Source: a virus. From it: 41,329 nt of DNA. A program made the position numbers and the translations under genes. This document shows positions 16,415-26,005 of the stretch, in pieces. The notes beneath the pieces were generated by a model that made no database searches, was not told the origin of the DNA, and was given only the letters and a program-made list of their open reading frames with translations. The stretch lies in the UHGV virus genome UHGV-0077431; one strand, written 5' to 3'. The number at the start of each line of letters is the position of its first letter. Within the stretch, counting starts at the first letter, position 1.

Positions 16415-17107
16415 ATGAATCAGTTAACCGCAAAGGGTGTTGTGACAATGTCCAGCCGTGAAATTGCCAGGCTGGTGCAGAGCAAACATGGTGATGTGAA
16501 GCGCTCAGCTGAGCGCCTTGAATCTGCTGGTATTTTAACCGCGCCGTTGGCGCACACCCCCTACGAACACCCGCAAAATGGGCAAACATACGAGGAGTAT
16601 TGGTTCAACAAACGTGATTCTCTGGTGATCGTTGCCAGGATGTCGCCAGAATTTACCGCCGCCGTTGTCGATCGCTGGCAGGAGCTGGAGAACAGTCAGG
16701 CCGTCAGTGTGCCACAAACATTGCCGGAGGCATTACGCCTCGCGGCTGATCTGGCCGAGCAGAAAGAACAACTCAGCCAGCAGTTAGCCGCTGCTGCACC
16801 GAAAGTTGAATTTGTCGATCGGTACTGTACTGCCAAAGGCTCAATGTCATTCCGCCAGGTAGCAAAGCTATTGCAGGCTAAAGAAACAGATTTCCGCTTG
16901 TTCCTCATTGAGAGCGACATCTTGTACCGGCTAGGCGGAGTGCTGACACCGCGGCACCAGCATATTGCGGCCGGGCGGTTTGAAGTGAAAACCGGCACTA
17001 CGAGTGAAACAAACTACGCATTCAGCCAGGCGCGTTTTACGCCCAAAGGCATCGAGTGGATCGGCGGCCTGTGGACGGCACACATCGCTAAGGGGCATGC
17101 CGCGTGA
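16415..17107 (+). CDS. Phage antirepressor (AntA/Rha-like N-terminus, KilA-C/ANT-like C-terminus)
   Basis: N-terminal VVTMSSREIARLVQSKHGDVKR; C-terminal FRQVAKLLQAKETDFRLFLIESDILY. Confidence 0.65.
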   Translation: MNQLTAKGVVTMSSREIARLVQSKHGDVKRSAERLESAGILTAPLAHTPYEHPQNGQTYEEYWFNKRDSLVIVARMSPEFTAAVVDRWQELENSQAVSVPQTLPEALRLAADLAEQKEQLSQQLAAAAPKVEFVDRYCTAKGSMSFRQVAKLLQAKETDFRLFLIESDILYRLGGVLTPRHQHIAAGRFEVKTGTTSETNYAFSQARFTPKGIEWIGGLWTAHIAKGHAA

Positions 17108-18165
17108 GAGGACTGTTTACAGCCGAGACTGTTCCGCGCCTGGGGCTTGTGCTGTTAAAGCCAGGTAGCGATCTGATGTCTCTGTTCCAGCAGGGGCGTG
17201 TGCTGGTGGAGCCTCAGCCAAAAAGTATGGCTGGGCTTCCGTCGGGGCTGGTCCCTGATGCGAGGCAGCCGCTGGCAGAAGATAAATCCCTCGAGGAATT
17301 CTTCACCGACGAGAGGGTTATCCGCGCCGCAGGCGGTTTATCCGCGTTGGACTCATGGTTAGAGCGCAACGTTAAGGAATGCCAGTACCCGCACGCTGAC
17401 TACCACCATCGCGAGCTGGTAACAATGCGCCACCCCCCAGGGTCAATGCTGCTCTGCTGGCATTGCGATAACCAGCTGCGCGAGCAGACCACCGCGGCGC
17501 TGGCAGAACTGGCCCGGCGAAATCTCATCAACTGGCTGATCAATTCGATCCTGTCTGCGCTTGGCTACAACACCGAGCGCGAACTATCCCTCGGTGAATT
17601 GTGCTGGTGGGCCGTTTATTCAGGCATTGCTGATGCAATCACGGAAAGGATGGCCCAGCATGCGCTTCGCTTACCGGATGAGCCGTTTTTATCCGTATAT
17701 CGAGAAAGTGACATTGTGCCGATGCCCCCTGCAAAAAGCATTTTGCAGAAGAAGGCCACCCCTGCGGTCACGGCTGCGAAATTAAAGCATGGAGCAAATC
17801 AGGAAGTGGCCTATGACCAGCCAAAGGTTCTGGCTCTGCATGCGGATCCTGAATCCCCTGAATCATTCATGTTGCGTCCAAAACACCGCAGGTGGGTGAA
17901 TGAGGACTATACCCGGTGGGTTAAAACCCAGCCCTGTGAAGGTTGCCGGCGGCCAGCGGATGATCCACACCATGTCATTGGTCACGGCATGGGCGGTACC
18001 GCCACTAAAGCCCACGATTTGTTCGTGATCCCTCTGTGCAGAGAGTGTCACGACAAATTACATGCTGATGTTGCAGCGTTCGAGAAAAAACACGGTACCC
18101 AGCTGGAGCTGCTATTCCGGTTTATGAATCGAGCGGTGGCGATCGGCGTAATAACAAAAGCGTAA
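17104..18165 (+). CDS. DUF968-like prophage protein with HNH-like C-terminal Cys/His motif
   Basis: C-terminal HHVIGHGMGGTATKAHDLFVIPLCRECHDKLH; GTGA overlap with upstream gene. Confidence 0.55.
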   Translation: MRGLFTAETVPRLGLVLLKPGSDLMSLFQQGRVLVEPQPKSMAGLPSGLVPDARQPLAEDKSLEEFFTDERVIRAAGGLSALDSWLERNVKECQYPHADYHHRELVTMRHPPGSMLLCWHCDNQLREQTTAALAELARRNLINWLINSILSALGYNTERELSLGELCWWAVYSGIADAITERMAQHALRLPDEPFLSVYRESDIVPMPPAKSILQKKATPAVTAAKLKHGANQEVAYDQPKVLALHADPESPESFMLRPKHRRWVNEDYTRWVKTQPCEGCRRPADDPHHVIGHGMGGTATKAHDLFVIPLCRECHDKLHADVAAFEKKHGTQLELLFRFMNRAVAIGVITKA

Positions 18166-18186
18166 TTGTATGGAGCGCTGAGCATA

Positions 18187-18879
18187 ATGAATTTACAAGA
18201 ACTGGAATTTACGCGGATTGAACTGCGCCGCGCGCTGGCGGATTTATCAGGCTCGACAAAAGGACAGCTGCAGGCGTTCAGTGAGCATCCACCAGCAGAT
18301 AAGAATAAATACCCCCGGCACCATCCTGAAATCGTCATGGAGGGTGGGGAAGGTTGTGGGTCAAAGGTTGTAACAACGCTGGCCACTCCATTTTATGTTC
18401 TTGAGACAAGGAGCCGTCGTCGACCTTTGCCGCCTATTAAAGATACGGAGTTCGCTTGTTCAGCATGGCGTCGTTCGGTCAATGGTCTGGGTGAGCATTT
18501 GCAGGCATGGGTGCGGTACTGCTATGGGTATGACCTTACTTTCCGGTACCAGACATTGATGTGCCAGCACGTGTGGGAACAGTTTCAGCGTCAGCATAGC
18601 GGCAAAAAAATACAGGGCCGCGTCACTAAAAAACTGGTAGGGCTTGTCTGGCTGGCGGCGCAAGAAGTTGCTGCCTCGCGTAATAACGATACCTATCAGG
18701 AGTATGCTGGTGCAGCTCTGGCGCGCATGGTCAGCGTTGAGCGTTCCACCTGGCTCAGAGTGTATTCAGGCCACTGGGCGGCTTTCAAAGCGTCGTTTGC
18801 TGAAATGGATAGCCAGGCACTAAGCGAAATTTTGTCACGGTACGAAGAGTACCAAGAACTGAAAGTGGCGGAAATGTGA
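18187..18879 (+). CDS. Putative late-gene antiterminator (Q-like)
   Basis: Last gene before the late promoter/terminator and lysis cassette; family call is positional. Track start is TTG at 18166. Confidence 0.5.
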   Translation: MNLQELEFTRIELRRALADLSGSTKGQLQAFSEHPPADKNKYPRHHPEIVMEGGEGCGSKVVTTLATPFYVLETRSRRRPLPPIKDTEFACSAWRRSVNGLGEHLQAWVRYCYGYDLTFRYQTLMCQHVWEQFQRQHSGKKIQGRVTKKLVGLVWLAAQEVAASRNNDTYQEYAGAALARMVSVERSTWLRVYSGHWAAFKASFAEMDSQALSEILSRYEEYQELKVAEM

Positions 18880-18904
18880 GGTAACTTTCACTAACTCCCT
18901 CAAA

Positions 18905-18970
18905 TGGGCTTGCAAAATGCAACAAAATGAGCCATATTTGAAGCTAATTTTATATTTTGTCATAATTATA
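18905..18970 (+). promoter_or_regulatory. Late promoter region (pR'-like) with candidate qut sequence
   Basis: TTGCAA (18910-18915) and CATATT about 17 nt later; alternative TTGAAG/CATAAT. Confidence 0.4.
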
Positions 18971-18975
18971 TCTAA

Positions 18976-18998
18976 CCTCGCCTCGGCGGGGTTTTTTT
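18976..18998 (+). terminator. Intrinsic terminator (tR'-like)
   Basis: CCTCGC-ctcg-GCGGGG stem followed by T7. Confidence 0.7.
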
Positions 18999-19077
18999 AT
19001 GCCTTTTGTATCTAAAGCTTGATGCAAAAATGAACCAGAGTTATCTGTGTGTCACACGATAAAAAAGGGGAAAAGGC

Positions 19078-19269
19078 ATGCAAAATCAACCTTATATGAC
19101 AGAAGAAGCAAAAGCGGTTTTTAACGAACTCAGCGCTTCACCAGCGACAGCTGGGGAAATTGCACAGAATACGCACCTAAGCCGAGAGAAATGCCAGCTC
19201 ATCCTGACGCAGCTGGTTATGGCGGGGTTATCAGATTACCAGTTTGGATGTTACAAACGCCTCCACTGA
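19078..19269 (+). CDS. Small winged-helix-like protein (63 aa)
   Basis: AAGGGGAAAAGG upstream of ATG. Confidence 0.5.
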   Translation: MQNQPYMTEEAKAVFNELSASPATAGEIAQNTHLSREKCQLILTQLVMAGLSDYQFGCYKRLH

Positions 19270-19419
19270 AGGGGGCATTCTGCTGTGGAAATGGGCGGCT
19301 GGTGGGTGTTGTAGCACCCAACCAGCCATTAGCTCATGCTTTCAGGTCACAAGCTAACCAAGGCCCACTGCTTTAGCGCAAAAGCATAGTGAGCCTATCA
19401 GAGTTACGCTTACGGATCT

Positions 19420-20472
19420 ATGAAAAATACTGTAAATATAAACAGTGTTGAGCTTATCAACGCTGACTGCCTGCAATACCTCGCTACCCTCCCAGATAAC
19501 ACCATCGACCTTATTGTTACGGATCCGCCTTATTTTAAGGTGAAGCCGAACGGCTGGGATAATCAGTGGAACGGTGACGCCGACTATCTTCGATGGCTTG
19601 ATATGTGTCTTGCCCAGTTCTGGCGAGTGCTTAAGCCTGCCGGCAGCCTGTATTTGTTTTCAGGTCACCGACTTGCATCCGATATTGAGATCATGATGCG
19701 TGAACGCTTCAACGTTATGAACCACATTATCTGGGCGAAGCCATCAGGGCGTTGGAACGGTTGTAATAAAGAAAGCCTGCGCTCTTACTTCCCCGCGACG
19801 GAACGCATCCTTTTCGCTGAGCATTATCAGGGGCCATATAATCCGAAAAGCGACGGATTTGCTGAGAAAAGCAACGAGGTCAAACAGCACGTCATGGCTC
19901 CGTTAATCACCTACTTTCGTGATGCACGAGCCGAACTGGGGGTCACGTCCAGGCAAATAGCTGACGCCACCGGAAAGAAAAATATGGCGTCTCACTGGTT
20001 CGGTACCAGTCAGTGGCAACTACCAAACGAGCAGGATTACGAAAAGCTGCAGGAATTGTTCACTCAGATCGCCATTGAGAAGCACCGCGCCTCTGAACTC
20101 AAAGCACCGCATCACCAGCTGGTGGCCACATGGCATTCGTTGAACCGGAAATACCTTGATCTGCTGGAAGAGTACAAATCTCTTCGGCGGCATTTCTCTG
20201 TGACAGTAGCCGTGCCCTATACAGACGTCTGGACACATAAACCCGTCCAGTTCTATCCAGGCAAACACCCGTGCGAAAAGCCCGCTGATATGTTGCGGCA
20301 AATCATCAACGCCAGCAGCAGGCCCGGCGATGTGGTAGCTGATTTCTTTATGGGCTCGGGATCAACTGTTAAAGCAGCCATTGAACTGGGCCGCCAGGCT
20401 ATCGGCGTAGAACTGGAAGAGGAACGTTTCAACCAGACGGTAAGTGAGGTAAGGCAGCTGGCAGGGGAATAA
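19420..20472 (+). CDS. DNA methyltransferase, beta-class amino-MTase (N6-adenine or N4-cytosine), orphan
   Basis: N-terminal DPPY motif (IVTDPPYF), C-terminal FxGxG AdoMet motif (FFMGSGST); no endonuclease gene adjacent. Confidence 0.85.
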   Translation: MKNTVNINSVELINADCLQYLATLPDNTIDLIVTDPPYFKVKPNGWDNQWNGDADYLRWLDMCLAQFWRVLKPAGSLYLFSGHRLASDIEIMMRERFNVMNHIIWAKPSGRWNGCNKESLRSYFPATERILFAEHYQGPYNPKSDGFAEKSNEVKQHVMAPLITYFRDARAELGVTSRQIADATGKKNMASHWFGTSQWQLPNEQDYEKLQELFTQIAIEKHRASELKAPHHQLVATWHSLNRKYLDLLEEYKSLRRHFSVTVAVPYTDVWTHKPVQFYPGKHPCEKPADMLRQIINASSRPGDVVADFFMGSGSTVKAAIELGRQAIGVELEEERFNQTVSEVRQLAGE

Positions 20473-20542
20473 AAGCTTGGGTCGCTATCGCGGCCCTTTT
20501 TATTACCTCAACTGGACACCCGCAACGTAGCGAGGTGAGAGC

Positions 20543-20758
20543 ATGTATCGAATGGAAAAAATCACGACGGGTATTGCATACGGCGCATCGGGTGGGGGGA
20601 CCGGATACTGGTTGCTTCAGCTCCTCGATAAAGTCTCCCCATCTCAATGGGCGGCCATTGGTGTGCTCGGTAGCCTCATGTTTGGTTTGCTGACGTGGTT
20701 AACGAGTCTGTACTTCCAAATCAAAGCGGATCGCCGCAAAGCTGCGCGAGGTGAATGA
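20543..20758 (+). CDS. Holin (phage 21 S-type pinholin), dual-start motif
   Basis: Similarity to S21 as recalled ([30 protein letters not shown]); Met1 and Met4 starts. Confidence 0.85.
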   Translation: MYRMEKITTGIAYGASGGGTGYWLLQLLDKVSPSQWAAIGVLGSLMFGLLTWLTSLYFQIKADRRKAARGE

Positions 20759-21294
20759 TGTCGAACAAAGCAAAGCTCAGCGTAGCAGTGCTGGCGCTAA
20801 TCGCGTCAGGGGCTTCTGCTCCACTCATTTTTGACCAATTCATCAGCGAGAAAGAAGGCAATGCGCTGGTGGCCGTTGTTGATCCGGGTGGGGTCTGGTC
20901 TTTATGTCACGGCGTGACCGTTATCGATGGCAGGCGTGTTGTTAAAGGCATGACGGCCACTGAGGAACAATGCCGGAAGGTTAACGCTATTGAACGCGAT
21001 AAGGCATTAGCCTGGGTTGATCGCAATATCAAAGTGCCTCTGACAGAGCCTCAGAAGGTGGGTATCGCATCCTTCTGCCCGTATAACATCGGCCCCGGTA
21101 AATGCTTCCCATCGACCTTCTATAAGCGCATCAACGCAGGTGACCGCATCGGTGCATGCGAGGCAATCCGCTGGTGGATTAAAGACGGTGGCCGTGATTG
21201 TCGTCTAACCAAAGGCCAGAAGAATGGCTGCTATGGCCAGGTTGAGCGACGGGACCAGGAAAGCGCGCTGGCGTGCTGGGGGCTGGACCAATGA
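20755..21294 (+). CDS. SAR endolysin (T4-lysozyme-type muramidase with N-terminal signal-anchor-release domain)
   Basis: Hydrophobic Gly/Ala-rich N-terminus; E-x8-D-x5-T catalytic pattern ([22 protein letters not shown]); ATGA overlap with holin. Confidence 0.9.
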   Translation: MMSNKAKLSVAVLALIASGASAPLIFDQFISEKEGNALVAVVDPGGVWSLCHGVTVIDGRRVVKGMTATEEQCRKVNAIERDKALAWVDRNIKVPLTEPQKVGIASFCPYNIGPGKCFPSTFYKRINAGDRIGACEAIRWWIKDGGRDCRLTKGQKNGCYGQVERRDQESALACWGLDQ

Positions 21295-21806
21295 AAATTA
21301 ATCCGGGTCTTATCGGCGTTGTCGTTATTGCTGGCCTTTCCGTCGCTCTCGTTAAGAGCTGCTCCGACGCCAGTAGCCTACAGAGCGATAACGACGTTCT
21401 GCGAAGTGACAACTCTATGCAGGGGCAGGTGATCGCCACCCAGGCATTCAACTTCAATCGATTCAATCAGGTTGCAGAACATGCCAACAGGCTTAACTCC
21501 CTGATCGACACCAGCACCGAAGAAACCGTAATTGAATACCGGGAGATACTCCGCCGTGAAAAAACCTGTGATCTGCCTGTTCCTGCTGACATTGCTGGTG
21601 GGCTGCTCGAATACGCGTACCGTTTACGTTCCAGCGCAATGCACGCCGATACCGACGGAATTAACGCAGCCGATGATAGTACCGCTGCCGCCGGCTCAAT
21701 AACGTACTGCCAGGCTGTGCTCTGGATTAAGCCGCTGCTGGCCGTGATTGAAAAGGGCAATAACAATTTCGCTGGAATTCGTCAAATAGAGAGCGAGCGT
21801 CAATAG
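21291..21806 (+). CDS. Rz i-spanin
   Basis: N-terminal TM helix, ATGA overlap with endolysin stop, embedded +1-frame lipoprotein ORF. Confidence 0.8.
   Translation: MKINPGLIGVVVIAGLSVALVKSCSDASSLQSDNDVLRSDNSMQGQVIATQAFNFNRFNQVAEHANRLNSLIDTSTEETVIEYREILRREKTCDLPVPADIAGGLLEYAYRLRSSAMHADTDGINAADDSTAAAGSITYCQAVLWIKPLLAVIEKGNNNFAGIRQIESERQ
21556..21702 (+). CDS. Rz1 o-spanin lipoprotein embedded within Rz
   Basis: MKKPVICLFLLTLLVGCSN (lipobox LVGC) then Pro-rich; GTG start; not in ORF track. Confidence 0.65.
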   Translation: MKKPVICLFLLTLLVGCSNTRTVYVPAQCTPIPTELTQPMIVPLPPAQ

Positions 21807-21807
21807 T

Positions 21808-21856
21808 CTTTATCCCTAGCAAGGGATAAAGCAACCATTATCCCCGCTAAGGGATA
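21808..21856. promoter_or_regulatory. Pair of inverted repeats sharing TATCCC/GGGATA half-sites (candidate operator)
   Basis: CTTTATCCCT-agca-AGGGATAAAG (21808-21831) and TATCCC-n6-GGGATA (21839-21856); no flanking T tract. Confidence 0.3.
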
Positions 21857-21913
21857 GGCGTTACAGCAGACACTCACCTAATGCCTGTTGCCATTCAGCC
21901 AAGGAGCCAGCCT

Positions 21914-22159
21914 ATGAAAAAAGTTAAAGTTACAATTGCTCACCTTGAAGAGCACTACGAGGGTATTGTTCGAGCCGCAAACGTCACATTCCAGGTTATT
22001 CAGAATGAAAGTGTGATAGTGAAGGATTCTTTATCCGGTAAAGCTTCCCATCCCTTCACTAAAATTTACGCTGTCGATGTTGATGAATCAGCTGTACATG
22101 TGATGCATGATCGGCCTGATTTGAGCTGGTTAACAATTACAGCAGAGCTTGTTGAATAG
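21914..22159 (+). CDS. Hypothetical protein (81 aa)
   Basis: AGGAG 8 nt before ATG; track ORF starts at 21881. Confidence 0.55.
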   Translation: MKKVKVTIAHLEEHYEGIVRAANVTFQVIQNESVIVKDSLSGKASHPFTKIYAVDVDESAVHVMHDRPDLSWLTITAELVE

Positions 22160-22218
22160 TATTTATTTTGCAGCTTCAATTGCTTAGCATTATCTCCGGG
22201 TACCCAAAGGAGATAAAT

Positions 22219-22440
22219 ATGTTTGTTGCAGAAGGCTTGAAGCCTGACCTTGATAATATAGGTTGGGTTATGGGGTGGGGGGTTGTAAGGAATGCCCCGT
22301 GGCATTTAGTCGGTGTTTACGCCACCAAAGATGTGGCCGAAACTAAGGCAGCCTCACTAGGTGAGGGCTATGAAGCCCATTATGGCTCACATCGGTTAGG
22401 CTCTGACGACTTCATCCACCACAACTTCACGCGCAGTTAA
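22219..22440 (+). CDS. Hypothetical protein (73 aa)
   Basis: AAAGGAG SD; followed by terminator. Confidence 0.55.
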   Translation: MFVAEGLKPDLDNIGWVMGWGVVRNAPWHLVGVYATKDVAETKAASLGEGYEAHYGSHRLGSDDFIHHNFTRS

Positions 22441-22462
22441 CAAAAGAAGTTGTTCGATATTT

Positions 22463-22488
22463 AGCCTCGCTTATGCGGGGCTTTTTTA
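22463..22488 (+). terminator. Intrinsic terminator
   Basis: AGCCTCGC-ttat-GCGGGGCT stem followed by T6. Confidence 0.7.
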
Positions 22489-22600
22489 TGCGCATCGCAC
22501 GCGCACACCGTAGAAAGTCTTTCAGTTGTGAGCCTGGGCAAACCGTTAACTTTCGGCGGCTTTGCCGTGCGACAGGCTCACGCCTAAAAGGAAATAAATC

Positions 22601-23068
22601 ATGGGTCATAAAATTATCACGTTGTCCGGCGCGGCGACGGATGTTCTGTATGCGCTGTTTTTCCGTGGCGCGCTTCAGTCTGGTGATCTGCCAGCCAAAT
22701 CTGGTGCTGCTGAGCTTCTAGAGCTGGGATTCGCTGAAACACGCCATACCGCGACGGAGTATCAAAAGGAAAATTATTACACCTTCCTGACCGCTGAAGG
22801 GCAGGAGTTCGCCATTAAGCACCTGGTGAATACGCGCTTTGGTGTTCCTGCTGGTGGTTATATTGGTGGCTCTGTAAATATTCAGTTTGGCCGGATAGAG
22901 AACGACCCACGAAAAGGCTATGCCATCAATGTTGGCATCTGTCCCGAAATTAAGACCGGCGTGAAGCTATCCCCTGAAATGGTAAAAGCGATCTCAGATG
23001 TTGTGTCCGAGGAACTGAAGAAGAGTCTTCGGCCAGGTGGCACGATATGGTCAGCGCTGTCGCGATGA
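22601..23068 (+). CDS. Hypothetical protein (155 aa), last gene before cos
   Basis: AAAAGGA SD; nested inverted repeats in the 5' leader (22530-22581). Confidence 0.55.
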   Translation: MGHKIITLSGAATDVLYALFFRGALQSGDLPAKSGAAELLELGFAETRHTATEYQKENYYTFLTAEGQEFAIKHLVNTRFGVPAGGYIGGSVNIQFGRIENDPRKGYAINVGICPEIKTGVKLSPEMVKAISDVVSEELKKSLRPGGTIWSALSR

Positions 23069-23139
23069 ATGGACGTTTAGACGTCCAAATGGGTGCGAAT
23101 CAAGTCGCATTCCCGCAAATGATAATCATTATCATTTGC

Positions 23140-23356
23140 GGGTCCTTTCCGGCGATCCGCCTTGTTACGGGGCGGCGTCCGCGCAGATTCTCGCTATTTA
23201 TGAAAATTTTCTGGTTTATGCCATTTCCGTTCTTCTTCTTGTTTACTCATTGTTTTTGTTAAAAACGTCCTCTCTCCAGAAAGGAAATGCTGAGCAAGGA
23301 AAACGGAAGTTTACCGTTGATTGTTTCCTTTCTCTGTTTTTTGCCAGGAGTAAGCC
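23140..23356. other. cos packaging site (cosN around 23170-23181 plus cosB)
   Basis: Strong identity to my recollection of lambda cos (GGGCGGCG..., CTCGCTATTTATGAAAATTTTC, TTTCCGTTCTTCTTC) directly upstream of the Nu1 homologue. Confidence 0.8.
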
Positions 23357-23902
23357 ATGGAGGTTAACAAAAAACGCTTATCCGAAATTTTCGGGGTAAG
23401 CGTCCGAACGATTCAGAACTGGCAGGAGCAAGGTATGCCGGTTGTCCGCGGTGGTGGCAAAGGTAATGAGGTTCTCTTTGAATCTGCTGCTGCAATCGAA
23501 TGGTACAGTGCGCGCGATGCAGCTATAGAAAATGAAAAGTTGCGGAAGGAAGTTGAAGATCTCCGTATCGCTTCTGAGTCCGATCTTCAACCTGGCACGA
23601 TTGAATATGAGCGACACCGACTTACGCGAGCTCAGGCTGACGCTCAGGAATTAAAAAATGCAAAAGAGTCCGCTGAAGTGGTGGAGACCGCATTCTGCAC
23701 GTTCGTGCTGTCGCGGGTAGCCGGAGAAATCGCCAGCATTCTCGATGGAATACCTCTGTCGGTTCAGCGGCGCTTCCCGGAGCTGGAGAACCGACATATT
23801 GATTTCCTCAAGAAGGACATCATTAAGGCCATGAACAAGGCAGCTGCGCTGGATGAAATGATACCGGGGTTGCTGAGTGAATATATCGAACAGTCAGGTT
23901 AA
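23357..23902 (+). CDS. nu1: Terminase small subunit
   Basis: Near-identity to lambda Nu1 N-terminus as recalled (MEVNKK..., TIQNWQEQGMPV, GGGKGNEV). Confidence 0.9.
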   Translation: MEVNKKRLSEIFGVSVRTIQNWQEQGMPVVRGGGKGNEVLFESAAAIEWYSARDAAIENEKLRKEVEDLRIASESDLQPGTIEYERHRLTRAQADAQELKNAKESAEVVETAFCTFVLSRVAGEIASILDGIPLSVQRRFPELENRHIDFLKKDIIKAMNKAAALDEMIPGLLSEYIEQSG

Positions 23903-25799
23903 GGGGCTGCAGCACTCTGCGCGGGCGGGGTTACGTTCGCTGTACCGGCCGCAACCGCAAACAGCAGTTGAATGGGCAGATGAGAATTATTATCTCCCGA
24001 AAGAGTCTGCCTACCAGGAAGGGCGCTGGGAAACACTGCCATTTCAGCGTGCAATTATGAATGCGATGGGTAATGACTATATTCGCGAGGTGAATGTCGT
24101 TAAATCGGCTCGTGTCGGCTACTCAAAAATGTTGCTCGGCGTTTACGCATATTTCATCCAACATAAACAGCGTAACTCCCTAATATGGTTACCAACCGAC
24201 GGTGATGCTGAAAACTTCATGAAGTCTCATGTAGAACCGACCATTCGTGATATTCCGACGTTGCTGGCGCTTGCTCCCTGGTACGGTAAAAAACACCGGG
24301 ACAATACGCTGAGCATGAAGCGTTTCTCGAATGGTCGTGGTTTCTGGTGCCTGGGCGGTAAGGCTGCAAAAAACTACCGTGAAAAATCAGTTGATGTGGC
24401 TGGCTACGACGAGCTCGCCGCTTTCGATGATGACATCGAGAAAGAAGGTTCTCCCACCTTTCTGGGTGATAAGCGTATTGAGGGTTCTGTATGGCCGAAA
24501 TCCATTCGCGGATCTACACCGAAAGTCAAAGGTATGTGCCAGATAGAAAGAGCTGCTAAGGAGTCTGAACATTTTCTTCGGTTCCATGTTCCATGCCCAC
24601 ACTGTGGGGAAGAGCAGTATCTGAAATTCGGTGATAAAGAGACACCATTTGGCTTCAAATGGTCTCCGGGAGAACCTGCCAGCGTTTACTACCTCTGTGA
24701 ACACAATGCCTGTGTGATTAAACAACAGGAGCTGGAATTTCTGGAGGCCAGGTATATTTGTGATGAAACAGGTATCTGGACACGAGACGGCCTTAACTGG
24801 TTTTCTTCATCCGGTACCGAAATTGAACCTCCTGACAGCGTTACATTCCACATCTGGACCGCATATAGCCCGTTCACAACCTGGGTGCAGATCGTCAAGG
24901 ACTGGATAAAAACAAAAGGTGATACGGGTAAGCGAAAAACTTTCGTTAACACGACCCTGGGCGAAACGTGGGAACCGAAAATAGGTGAACGACCCGATGC
25001 TGAAGTTTTAGCGGAACGAAAAGAGCACTTTGAAGCGTCTGTGCCGGAGCGAGTGGCATATCTGACAGCGGGTATTGACTCCCAGCTTGACCGTTACGAA
25101 ATGCGTGTTTGGGGATGGGGGCCGGGAGAGGAAAGCTGGCTTATCGACAAAATTATCATTATGGGTCGTCATGATGATGAGTCGACTCTCGCTCGAGTTG
25201 ATGAAGCGATCAACAGGACGTATAAGCGCCAGAACGGTCTCGAAATGGTTATATCCCGCACTTGCTGGGATATTGGCGGCATTGATCCCACCATCGTCTA
25301 CAACCGCTCAAAAAAACACGGTCTGTTTCGTGTGATCCCTATAAAGGGGGCGTCGGTTTATGGAAAGCCAGTGGCGAACATGCCACGCAAGCGTAACAAG
25401 AATGGTGTTTACCTCACAGAGGTAGGAACAGACACCGCAAAAGAGCAGATTTATAACCGTTTCACGCTGGTGGCGCAAAGAGACGAGCCGCTGGCGGGAG
25501 CGGTTCATTTCCCGAATAACCCAGAAATCTACGATCTAACAGAGGCCCAACAACTAACAGCTGAAGAGCAGGTGGAAAAATGGGTAGACGGAAAGAAAAA
25601 GATCGTCTGGGACAGCAAAAAACGACGAAATGAGGCGCTCGATTGCTTTGTTTATGCACTGGCGGCGCTGCGTATAAGCATATCCCGCTGGCAGCTAAAT
25701 CTTGATTCACTTCTGGCCAGCCTGCTGGAGGAAGAAGGCAGCCGTAACAATAACAAGACCCTGGCGGATTACGCGCGGGCATTATCTGGAGATGAATAA
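23877..25799 (+). CDS. A: Terminase large subunit
   Basis: Full-length similarity to lambda gpA as recalled; overlaps Nu1 3' end. Confidence 0.95.
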   Translation: MNISNSQVKGLQHSARAGLRSLYRPQPQTAVEWADENYYLPKESAYQEGRWETLPFQRAIMNAMGNDYIREVNVVKSARVGYSKMLLGVYAYFIQHKQRNSLIWLPTDGDAENFMKSHVEPTIRDIPTLLALAPWYGKKHRDNTLSMKRFSNGRGFWCLGGKAAKNYREKSVDVAGYDELAAFDDDIEKEGSPTFLGDKRIEGSVWPKSIRGSTPKVKGMCQIERAAKESEHFLRFHVPCPHCGEEQYLKFGDKETPFGFKWSPGEPASVYYLCEHNACVIKQQELEFLEARYICDETGIWTRDGLNWFSSSGTEIEPPDSVTFHIWTAYSPFTTWVQIVKDWIKTKGDTGKRKTFVNTTLGETWEPKIGERPDAEVLAERKEHFEASVPERVAYLTAGIDSQLDRYEMRVWGWGPGEESWLIDKIIIMGRHDDESTLARVDEAINRTYKRQNGLEMVISRTCWDIGGIDPTIVYNRSKKHGLFRVIPIKGASVYGKPVANMPRKRNKNGVYLTEVGTDTAKEQIYNRFTLVAQRDEPLAGAVHFPNNPEIYDLTEAQQLTAEEQVEKWVDGKKKIVWDSKKRRNEALDCFVYALAALRISISRWQLNLDSLLASLLEEEGSRNNNKTLADYARALSGDE

Positions 25800-26005
25800 T
25801 GGCAACACAGACTGAACTGGATGCCGCGCGCGCTGCGTTACATGACCTGATGATGGGAAAGCGCGTGGCGACGGTACAGAAAGACGGTCGAAGAGTGGAA
25901 TTTACAGCCACTTCAGTCAGCGATCTCAAAAAATATATTGCTGACCTTGAATCTCAGGTTGGCACCACATCACGACGCCGGGGGCCAGCAGGGTTTTACG
26001 TATGA
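25799..26005 (+). CDS. W: Head-tail joining protein W
   Basis: Lambda gpW-like sequence ([35 protein letters not shown]). Confidence 0.9.
   Translation: MATQTELDAARAALHDLMMGKRVATVQKDGRRVEFTATSVSDLKKYIADLESQVGTTSRRRGPAGFYV

Noticed and set aside
19284-19330. Possible tRNA between Q and the methyltransferase (a common tRNA site in lambdoid phages)
   Set aside because: A single long hairpin with no cloverleaf, no GTTCxAxxC T-loop and no acceptor stem; not a tRNA.
23037-23399. Track ORFs 23037..23399 and 23047..23262 upstream of Nu1
   Set aside because: They cover the conserved cos site (cosN/cosB), which is non-coding in lambda-like phages; translations are low-complexity.
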